From: a virus
Lineage: Duplodnaviria > Caudoviricetes
DNA length: 33,062 nucleotides
Reading direction: 5' to 3' (one strand)
Virus record (IMG/VR): IMGVR_UViG_3300024232_000051
Coordinates: 1-33,062 of that record
The position numbers and the translations under genes are program-made. The notes beneath the pieces were generated by a model that was given only the letters and a program-made list of their open reading frames with translations, was not told where the DNA came from and did no database searches. Of this stretch, positions 19,261-26,569 are shown one piece after another; within the stretch, counting starts at the first letter, position 1, and every line of letters starts with the position of its first letter.

Positions 19261-21800
19261 TGGCTAAAAAAGGCTCTGGTGACAAGCATCTGGATTGTCT
19301 GCTACTGAACATGGCGACAGCGCGTTATGGGCCTGTGCGTATAGCCGCCGCCAAGGACGCGTATTTGCGGCTGGTGGATGGCAACAGGGCTAAGGGTATG
19401 GGCTTGAATGACGCCCGTCCAGAAGCCATGGCGCAGATGATGAAGATCATCGAGAAGTCCGGTACAGCCAAGAGGCTCAAATTCGAGGCGACCACCAAGA
19501 GGCTAGGTGACTATCGTGCGCGGCTTGACGAGGGTTTGGCACTGCCTACCGGTGGCTTTAATAGGTCATTAGGCGCACGCGCATATGACGTGTGGCATGG
19601 CACAGTCGAAGATGTAAGCCACCTGAAGACTTCCCGGCTTAATTTTGTGGCCGAGAAGGATGCTGTGTGGGGAAACATCACCAGCATGTTCCGCAATATC
19701 ATGGACGAGTTCAGCAAGAACTGGGCAGGCTTCAACCGTGGTCATATAGAGACAGCCGACATAGCCAACGAGATTATTAAGCCGGGTAGCACTGGCAGCA
19801 AGCCAGCTAAAGACGTAGCGACTGCGTTGCGTAAAGAGTATGACTACTATAACTCAGAAATGGGAATTAACGGCGTATCGCTAGAGCGAATGGTTGCTGA
19901 CGAATTGGCAGTTCAGCCTAACGCGCCTAGGCTTGAGCGGATGGGCTTGGAAGGGTTCAAGGCGTTCATCAAAGAACTTGATCCCGATTGGAACGCGACA
20001 GGTAATGGCTATCATATTCGGGAGAGCGAACGGGACGCGTTCTTGGAGAGTTACTACAATGCCCACGTAAAAGAAATGTGGGGCGAGAACCAGTGGGAGA
20101 CGAATAAGGAACTGAAAGGGCTACCACGCCCGTATGAATATACCGGTGGTCAATTTGGTCGTGAGTATCAGAACTATACGATGATCAAGTTCAAGACCGG
20201 CGAGAGCTACGCTAGGTTTCACGCGGAGTTGATGGACGGTGATTTTCTCAGCACCGTCACACGTATGATGGAGAAGCACGCGCATAACATCGCTATGACC
20301 CGAATATGGGGGCCAAGTCCAAAGCACACTGCATTGGCTTTCAAGACAATGACTGAAGACGCAGTTAAGACACTGAAGCCAGCCGGTAAGCCAATCAGCA
20401 ATCTGAACCGGTTTCAGCGGCGTATGAAGAACATCGAGGAGATTGTATTCAAGACCAATCCGATAGATGGAGAAAACCGCTTCGGCATGGTCGTGCAATC
20501 GACCACCAATCTGATGAACAGCGCCATGCTGCACGGTGCGCTGTTCTCTTCGATACCGGGTGACTTCGCCACTATGCTGGCGAACCGGCTTCGCAACCAT
20601 GAACCCCTCCTGCGGCCTATGGGGCAGTATCTTCAGGATATGTTCAATACAGCCCGTGCGCGACGTGATGCACTGGGCATAGGGCATATTCATTCCGAGT
20701 ATTCGGCTCAGATTACGCACTCAACGCATTACCACAATAACTTTGCGATGGGTGAGACAGCCGCTAAGTGGCTGTCGGACAAGACCATGAAGTTGAACCT
20801 GATGAACCGGCATTTCGACGCCATGGTTACGTCAGACAACAAATGGCGTGCAATCAGCTTATTTGAGAATAGGCATTTGTCGTATGACCAGTTAAACGAG
20901 CGGTTTTTGTTGGAGAATAATGGGATCACACCAGCCGAGTGGGACAGAACCCGCAAAATAATGGGTGACAACCCATTCCAACCGGCTGACGAGATAAGCA
21001 TGTTTCGGCCGTTGGATCACATGGACGCGCTAGGCTCAGAACTGACCCACAAGTGGCAACGACTGTTCTGGAATGAAAGCCGTCGCAGTGTCATGCGGTC
21101 CAGCATCGAAGCCCAAGCCATAGCCATGGGCGGTTCACGCGCAGATGAAGTGGTTGGCGCACTGCGTAAGTCCACCGTGGCATTCCAATCGTACGGGATC
21201 ACGTTTGCGCTGAACCTTAGCCGTATTCTCATGGAGGGTAGCGCCGGTGAACGTATGGGCGCTTTTGCGCGTATTGGACTGACGACTGTCATAGCCGGTG
21301 CGATTGCTGCACAGGCTAGGAACATAGCGAATGGTAGATCGCTGGAGCCTATGGACACAACGAGTTTCTGGATCAAAGCCGTCAGCCAAGCAATGGGGCC
21401 TTGGGGTTCACTGATATCGGGTGGTTTGAGGACAGACCCAGCTTCGGCGATAATCAAGGCGGCGGGTGGGCCATTGGTGGAAGCGACGGCTGAGTTTATC
21501 GCGCGTACAGAAGGATCAGCTTTCCAATTCTTTGAGATAAATGAAAGTAATAGTACTTGGCAGGGTACTAAGGAAGGCGTTAAGTGGATTGATTTCATCC
21601 GCAAGTACGCCGCACCCAATACGTTCTGGGCGGGTATATTGCTACAGCGGCACATACTTGAGCCGTTCCAACGATACCTTGACCCGCATGGAATGGATGT
21701 TCGTTTCAAACATCAGCAAGCGCAAGCCAAAGGCGTGGGTTCACCATTCTTTAAGGGTGTAGGCCCCGGTACTGGTAGTGCCATCCTTCCCGGTTTCTAG
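19260..21800 (+). CDS. Internal virion (ejection) protein, gp16-like position
   Basis: 846 aa, helical, with C-terminal hydrophobic segments (TTVIAGAIAAQ, MGPWGSLISGG). Last gene before the fibres. Confidence 0.7.
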   Translation: MAKKGSGDKHLDCLLLNMATARYGPVRIAAAKDAYLRLVDGNRAKGMGLNDARPEAMAQMMKIIEKSGTAKRLKFEATTKRLGDYRARLDEGLALPTGGFNRSLGARAYDVWHGTVEDVSHLKTSRLNFVAEKDAVWGNITSMFRNIMDEFSKNWAGFNRGHIETADIANEIIKPGSTGSKPAKDVATALRKEYDYYNSEMGINGVSLERMVADELAVQPNAPRLERMGLEGFKAFIKELDPDWNATGNGYHIRESERDAFLESYYNAHVKEMWGENQWETNKELKGLPRPYEYTGGQFGREYQNYTMIKFKTGESYARFHAELMDGDFLSTVTRMMEKHAHNIAMTRIWGPSPKHTALAFKTMTEDAVKTLKPAGKPISNLNRFQRRMKNIEEIVFKTNPIDGENRFGMVVQSTTNLMNSAMLHGALFSSIPGDFATMLANRLRNHEPLLRPMGQYLQDMFNTARARRDALGIGHIHSEYSAQITHSTHYHNNFAMGETAAKWLSDKTMKLNLMNRHFDAMVTSDNKWRAISLFENRHLSYDQLNERFLLENNGITPAEWDRTRKIMGDNPFQPADEISMFRPLDHMDALGSELTHKWQRLFWNESRRSVMRSSIEAQAIAMGGSRADEVVGALRKSTVAFQSYGITFALNLSRILMEGSAGERMGAFARIGLTTVIAGAIAAQARNIANGRSLEPMDTTSFWIKAVSQAMGPWGSLISGGLRTDPASAIIKAAGGPLVEATAEFIARTEGSAFQFFEINESNSTWQGTKEGVKWIDFIRKYAAPNTFWAGILLQRHILEPFQRYLDPHGMDVRFKHQQAQAKGVGSPFFKGVGPGTGSAILPGF

Positions 21801-21812
21801 AAAGGCTGAACC

Positions 21813-22775
21813 ATGGCTGTCAGCGACACAGACGTAGAACTTGAGTTCACTAATGTCGTAGCTGACATACCGATAACTATTGGCATTGAAACCAGTGGTA
21901 TAGCCGGTGAAGTGTATGTCGAGTATGGTACGCTTCCCGTGGGTTCCCGTCCAACGGCTGAACAGGGTTTGGACTACAGCGTCGATTTTCCGCTGGACGG
22001 TAGCCTAGCTGATTTTACGATCACACCTACAACGTCTTTGATAGACAAGCTTGCTCTCGGCGGTGTGAACGTCATATTCGTTGGGCGCTCTTTGCAATAC
22101 ACCACCGATTTTGACTATGATGACGCGTTTGTACGACAGAAGATAGTGGACGAGTTTGATCGTACGATATTCAGGTTTCAGCAACTGGCTGTCAGACCGG
22201 GGCCGATAGGGCCGGAAGGGCCAATGGGGCCACCCAGCACGGTTCCCGGCCCACCGGGGCCGCAGGGCGCACAGGGCTTGCAGGGGCCGCAGGGCGTTCA
22301 GGGGCCGCAAGGCGTACAGGGGCCGCAAGGTCAGAAGGGTGATATCGGCAACACTGGCCCACAGGGGGCGCAGGGGCCACAGGGCGCGGCCAGCACGGTT
22401 CCCGGCCCGACAGGCCCGCAGGGAGCGCAGGGTCCGATAGGCAACACCGGGCCGCAAGGCCCAGTAGGCCCGACAGGCTCGCAGGGTCCGGTAGGACCGG
22501 GCGGCACGGCAATCACCACGGTGGGCGACGGACCACCCGCCAGCCCGACACTTGGCCAGCTATGGTGGGAGAGCGACACCGGCCAGATGTACATCTACTA
22601 CAGCGATGGCACATCTTCTCAGTGGGTGTCAGCGTTTGTGCCAGTGGGTGGTGCCGGTCTTACGTTCAACACGTTGCCAACTAATGCCGCCAACGATAGT
22701 GCCGCCGCTTCAGCGGGCGTGCCGCTTAATGGCGTGTATCGCAATGGCTCGGTCCTGATGGTGAGAACGGTATAG
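21813..22775 (+). CDS. Tail fibre 1: virion-anchoring N-terminus + collagen triple helix
   Basis: DEFDR....FQQL anchor motif, long Gly-X-Y run and a [16 protein letters not shown] module. Confidence 0.8.
   Translation: MAVSDTDVELEFTNVVADIPITIGIETSGIAGEVYVEYGTLPVGSRPTAEQGLDYSVDFPLDGSLADFTITPTTSLIDKLALGGVNVIFVGRSLQYTTDFDYDDAFVRQKIVDEFDRTIFRFQQLAVRPGPIGPEGPMGPPSTVPGPPGPQGAQGLQGPQGVQGPQGVQGPQGQKGDIGNTGPQGAQGPQGAASTVPGPTGPQGAQGPIGNTGPQGPVGPTGSQGPVGPGGTAITTVGDGPPASPTLGQLWWESDTGQMYIYYSDGTSSQWVSAFVPVGGAGLTFNTLPTNAANDSAAASAGVPLNGVYRNGSVLMVRTV
22200..22503 (+). repeat. Collagen-like Gly-X-Y coding repeats
   Basis: GPQGAQG/GPQGVQG units. CAGCACGGTTCCCGGCCC occurs twice (~22235 and ~22392). Confidence 0.9.
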
Positions 22776-22779
22776 CCCC

Positions 22780-24054
22780 ATGGCTTATAATTTTCCAGAC
22801 AACCCTGTACAGGATCAGGAGTTCACACCACCGGGTGGCAATCAGCCAACGTATATTTGGCAATCGCCACGCTGGATCATAAAGGGCGTCCCGCCAGCCA
22901 ATAGCGGCGGCATTGTTGACGCCCCCAACGATGGGCAGCAATACGGCCGACAGAGTGCCGGTTGGACGGTAATCGTAGCTAATCCGACATGGACGACACT
23001 GACGGGTAAGCCAGCGACGTTTCCGCCAACGCTACCGATTTTAGAAAGTGATGTCACCAATCTCGTCAGCGATCTGGCTTTGAAGTCTCCACTGGCTTCA
23101 CCAGTATTTACGGGTGATCCCAGAGCGCCCACACCAGCACCCGGCGATAACGACACGTCAATTGCAACGACAGCATTTGTGGCTGCGGCAACGAGCAACA
23201 GTGGCGTGGTGATTTCGGACACACCACCGACAGCGGTACAGGGTAAGCTGTGGTTTGATAGCGTCAGTGCTCAGTTGTACGTCAGCTACAACGACGGGAA
23301 TAGTGCTCAGTGGGTAGTTGCGGTCAGTAATTCACCCGACTTGTCAAAATACGTCGCCAAGGCTGGCGACAACATGACCGGCAATTTGGTGATCACGAAA
23401 GTCAATCCCAGTCTCAACATGAGCATGTTGAATTCGGGCGAGGCAGCCGTGATTACTGGTTACATGGCCGGACTGGGGCGCTGGCAGATAGGTCTTGGAG
23501 ACAGTGCGGCTGAGAGTACAGGCAATGCCGGATCGAACTTTGTCATCAACCGCTTTAGCGATGCTGGTGTATATCTCGGCTCGCCAATAAGTATCAATCG
23601 AGCGAGTGGCGTGGTTACTATAAGTCCCAGCCTTAGACAACAGGGTGTGACTGACGGTTCCGTCCCTGCTGCCGGTCTGGTTGGAGAGGTATTGACTGCC
23701 GCCAGTGCCGGTGGCACCAGTGTACCAAATCAAACGCCGGTTAACATTGTAACCCTACTCTTGTCGCCCGGTGATTGGGATGTTTGGGGAACAATGATGG
23801 TAATGCCAACTGTGGGCACAACACAGATTTATGGCAGCGTAAGTACGGTAAGTGCCACCCTAAATGGGAATGACCAAAGGTATGGTCATCAGCTTGCCGG
23901 TGGTGCGACCTTTGGCAGCTTGAGCAGCATTCCAGTGCCAGCAATAACGGTAAATGTTTCAGTACCTACAAATGTGTACTTGGTGGCGCAAGCAGCCTTC
24001 GCCAGCGGCACTTGTACGGGTGGTGGCAAGCTGATAGCGCGGCGGCGGCGTTAA
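22780..24054 (+). CDS. Tail fibre 2
   Basis: SPVFTGDPRAPTP...IATTAFV fibre motif, YVAKAGDNMTG motif and a C-terminal beta-rich head. Confidence 0.8.
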   Translation: MAYNFPDNPVQDQEFTPPGGNQPTYIWQSPRWIIKGVPPANSGGIVDAPNDGQQYGRQSAGWTVIVANPTWTTLTGKPATFPPTLPILESDVTNLVSDLALKSPLASPVFTGDPRAPTPAPGDNDTSIATTAFVAAATSNSGVVISDTPPTAVQGKLWFDSVSAQLYVSYNDGNSAQWVVAVSNSPDLSKYVAKAGDNMTGNLVITKVNPSLNMSMLNSGEAAVITGYMAGLGRWQIGLGDSAAESTGNAGSNFVINRFSDAGVYLGSPISINRASGVVTISPSLRQQGVTDGSVPAAGLVGEVLTAASAGGTSVPNQTPVNIVTLLLSPGDWDVWGTMMVMPTVGTTQIYGSVSTVSATLNGNDQRYGHQLAGGATFGSLSSIPVPAITVNVSVPTNVYLVAQAAFASGTCTGGGKLIARRRR

Positions 24055-24066
24055 GAGGGAACGACC

Positions 24067-25047
24067 ATGCTTGACTTTCCAAATGCACCAGCGGTTGGCG
24101 ACATATTCACCACCGGTACGTTCTCGTGGAGATGGGACGGAGCGAAGTGGGTAGTCGGGTCAAGTGGTGGATCAGGATACGTTGCCAAGGCTGGTGACAC
24201 CATGACTGGTCCGCTTGGGATGGTCGCGGTTAATCCCTTCATTGTGCTCACTAAGTCTGCGAGTGGGGAAGGTGTCACTATCTACGGTAATATGAACGGT
24301 AAGACCCGTTGGATTGAAGTGCTTGGCGACACTACGCCCGAGAGCGGTGCAAATGCAGGATCAAACTTCGCTATTTACAGGTGCGACGATGCTGGTCTGT
24401 ACGTTGACGCACCATTAAGCATCATTCGATCAACTGGAATAGTCAACGCACCAGTTGGTATCACTGAGGGTGGTTTACCTCTTGCCACCAAGTATGGGCT
24501 ACCCGTTGGTACGATACTGCTTTATGCTGGGTATGCACCACCAACCGGTTGGTATCTCTGCAACGGACAGAACCTTATCCGTTCTGCCAACCCTCTTCTC
24601 ACCAATCTGTTTGCCAATACCACCCCGGCTTTTCCGTATGGCACGCTGGATGCGGGATCATTCATGGTTCCTGATTTGCGTGGACGAGTTCCGGCCGGTC
24701 AAGAGAACATGGGTGGTTGGGGATCACCGTCGCCGGGACGGCTGATATCGGGTTATACTGGGGGCGTGCCGACTGATGTTCTCGGCGGTGTTGGTGGAGA
24801 GGCCGTGCATTCACCTATTGCCGCAGAGCTAACAAACCATAGTCACGGTCATACTCACGCGCCGCAAGGCGGCGGTAACTTCATGGCGACCAATCCGGGT
24901 TCCAGCAACAGCGCCCCGGCCGGGTCCAGCGTGCGCTTGGTGGGTGCCACCGACAACGACGCCACCGGGGTTGCGGCGATGACCAGCACTCCGGCCAACG
25001 TTGTGCAGCCGACACTTTTGCTTACGTTCATCATCAAGGGAGGTTGA
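24067..25047 (+). CDS. Tail fibre 3 with phage tail-collar domain
   Basis: PVGTILLYAG..PPTGWYLCNGQ...PDLRGRVPAG collar motif, HSHGHTH, and a QPTL...FIIK C-terminus. Confidence 0.85.
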   Translation: MLDFPNAPAVGDIFTTGTFSWRWDGAKWVVGSSGGSGYVAKAGDTMTGPLGMVAVNPFIVLTKSASGEGVTIYGNMNGKTRWIEVLGDTTPESGANAGSNFAIYRCDDAGLYVDAPLSIIRSTGIVNAPVGITEGGLPLATKYGLPVGTILLYAGYAPPTGWYLCNGQNLIRSANPLLTNLFANTTPAFPYGTLDAGSFMVPDLRGRVPAGQENMGGWGSPSPGRLISGYTGGVPTDVLGGVGGEAVHSPIAAELTNHSHGHTHAPQGGGNFMATNPGSSNSAPAGSSVRLVGATDNDATGVAAMTSTPANVVQPTLLLTFIIKGG

Positions 25048-25049
25048 TT

Positions 25050-25418
25050 ATGGCTGAGCCATACGAGATGTGGGCGGATGAATATCAAGGGCTTGGCTAC
25101 GACTTGCAAGCAGCAATTGACAAGTATAAAGCAGATATGCTCGCTCACGCCAAGACGATTGGCCTAGCCGCGCCAACCACCTATGGACTGGTCGAGATAA
25201 TCGTAAAATATCACGATGGCTTGTTTGTCCTAGTGGCTGATCCGCCGCCATTGGAGAAGCAGCCATTACCGACTGATCCGAAGTATTACAAGACAAAGGC
25301 TGACCAGAAAACCATCGTCGCGAAAGCGGTGAAGGAGGAGGCCATACTCAAGGCACAGGCTGAGAAAGAGGCTCGCCAAGCCAAGCAGGCTGAGAAAGAG
25401 GCTCGCCAAGCCAAATGA
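25050..25418 (+). CDS. Hypothetical protein downstream of collar fibre (possible fibre chaperone)
   Basis: ATG 25050 with GGAGG RBS. C-terminal QAEKEARQAK duplication. Confidence 0.6.
   Translation: MAEPYEMWADEYQGLGYDLQAAIDKYKADMLAHAKTIGLAAPTTYGLVEIIVKYHDGLFVLVADPPPLEKQPLPTDPKYYKTKADQKTIVAKAVKEEAILKAQAEKEARQAKQAEKEARQAK
25356..25414 (+). repeat. 30-bp-period tandem duplication (2 copies)
   Basis: CAGGCTGAGAAAGAGGCTCGCCAAGCCAA at 25356 and 25386. Confidence 0.95.
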
Positions 25419-25594
25419 GCCAATACCGTGGATCAGTCGCATTAGTGCTAGCCTTTACGCTGGGCATAGTGCTGATCACCATAGCGGTCGCAGCGGCATT
25501 GGGCGTACACGTTAATGAGTTAACTAGGGATGCCGCAATTGCAGCGGTGGGTGTAATGGGTGGAGCACTGGTCACGTACCTAGTGAAAAGCTGA
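25415..25594 (+). CDS. 59-aa two-TM membrane protein (holin-like)
   Basis: Hand-translated MSQYRGSVALVLAFTLGIVLITIAVAAALGVHVNELTRDAAIAAVGVMGGALVTYLVKS. ATGA overlap. Confidence 0.55.
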   Translation: MSQYRGSVALVLAFTLGIVLITIAVAAALGVHVNELTRDAAIAAVGVMGGALVTYLVKS

Positions 25595-25749
25595 TGAAGT
25601 GGATCATCCTGTCGTTCTTGATGCTCAGCGGGTGTATCGTTATCCAGACAGTACCTGAGAGACGGGTTGATCCGGCAATACCGGCAGCAAGGATCATACT
25701 AGAGCAACGACAGGCACAGCCAGTACCACAACCGCGTGGAGGATCATGA
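25594..25749 (+). CDS. 51-aa lipoprotein (lipobox LSG-C)
   Basis: Hand-translated MKWIILSFLMLSGCIVIQTVPERRVDPAIP..., with a Pro/Gln-rich mature part. TGATG overlap. Confidence 0.6.
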   Translation: MKWIILSFLMLSGCIVIQTVPERRVDPAIPAARIILEQRQAQPVPQPRGGS

Positions 25750-25750
25750 C

Positions 25751-25909
25751 ATGACATTAACCACCATACTGATCATCATCCTAGTGATATTCCTGATCGG
25801 TGGTCTACCGACTTGGCCCTATGCAAGAGGCTGGGGATATTATCCGTCAGGCATTTTGGGCGTGGTCTTGTTGGTACTGATCATACTGGTTTTGACCGGG
25901 CGCGTGTGA
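25751..25909 (+). CDS. DUF3309-family small membrane protein
   Basis: Hand-translated MTLTTILIIILVIFLIGGLPTWPYARGWGYYPSGILGVVLLVLIILVLTGRV. The LPTWPY..GWGY.PSG signature is present, with GGAGG RBS. Confidence 0.85.
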   Translation: MTLTTILIIILVIFLIGGLPTWPYARGWGYYPSGILGVVLLVLIILVLTGRV

Positions 25910-25910
25910 C

Positions 25911-26075
25911 ATGCCTTTCAAGAAGGTAGGCGACCACTACGTATCCCCGACAGGTCGCCACTTTACAGCCGCACAGGTCAGGCTGTACTATGCCCACGGT
26001 GGAAAATTTCCGGGGGCTAAACGTGAGAAACACACTAGGCGCAAGCTTGCTCCTCCTCTGTCTCGTAAGAAGTGA
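25911..26075 (+). CDS. 54-aa basic phage protein
   Basis: Hand-translated MPFKKVGDHYVSPTGRHFTAAQVRLYYAHGGKFPGAKREKHTRRKLAPPLSRKK. Starts 1 nt after the previous stop. Confidence 0.6.
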   Translation: MPFKKVGDHYVSPTGRHFTAAQVRLYYAHGGKFPGAKREKHTRRKLAPPLSRKK

Positions 26076-26451
26076 CGATGTATCCGGCGCGTCGATGGAC
26101 TACTGTCGGCCCTACGCCGCACAAACAAGTCAGCTACTTCTGACGTGGGCATGGCAGAGAGCGTACACTTCGTGTCTGAACGTCGAAGGCGAAGACCCGG
26201 TGGTCCCTGAGACTGCCCAAGGCGCTCTTGACGTTATTGCACCAACGCGTTTGCCACGTGTTCCCGTATCGAGGCCATCGAGGCCAGAGCCGCCACCGGG
26301 GAGCGTCCCGGCGACGGACCCTTCTGACCCGACTGAAGACCCCAAATCCAAGCTGGTGGTCGTTCATCCTTCAGGGAAGTCTCAGCCCCTTTGTCTGGCC
26401 CATCACATGAGGACCGTGTACAAGGGCCACCACTGGAATTGTCGCAAGTAG
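26023..26451 (+). CDS. Probable exported Cys-containing, Pro-rich protein
   Basis: Likely GTG start at 26023 gives a signal-peptide-like MRNTLGASLLLLCLV. Cys pairs at both ends of a Pro-rich linker. Confidence 0.55.
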   Translation: MRNTLGASLLLLCLVRSDDVSGASMDYCRPYAAQTSQLLLTWAWQRAYTSCLNVEGEDPVVPETAQGALDVIAPTRLPRVPVSRPSRPEPPPGSVPATDPSDPTEDPKSKLVVVHPSGKSQPLCLAHHMRTVYKGHHWNCRK

Positions 26452-26497
26452 CCAACGCGTTTGCCGCGTGATGTCCTGACCGTCACGCCGCCCGTCA

Positions 26498-26549
26498 GAG
26501 CCTCGCTGGCCGCGTTCCCCTCCCCCGGCGAGGCTCCCGGCCCACCGGG
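26498..26549. terminator. Hairpins at the convergence of late and replication operons
   Basis: GAGCCTCGCTGG/CCGGCGAGGCTC stem (26498-26536) plus CCCGG/CCGGG. No canonical U-tract. Confidence 0.35.
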
Positions 26550-26569
26550 CTAGAAAAACCTCTCCACGG

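Noticed and set aside
21017-21709. Long antisense ORFs (this 230-aa one and others such as 20121-20720, 6949-7482)
   Set aside because: They are shadows of strong opposite-strand genes, with no recognisable motifs.
22200-22503. CRISPR-like or VNTR array
   Set aside because: Periodicity is fully explained by Gly-X-Y collagen coding, with no unique spacers.
25356-25414. Mini-CRISPR array
   Set aside because: The two copies are directly adjacent without a spacer and are in frame in a CDS.
21813-26451. Diversity-generating retroelement as in BPP-1
   Set aside because: No reverse transcriptase motif and no ~100-bp repeat pair differing at adenines. Fibre repeats differ at synonymous positions of all kinds.
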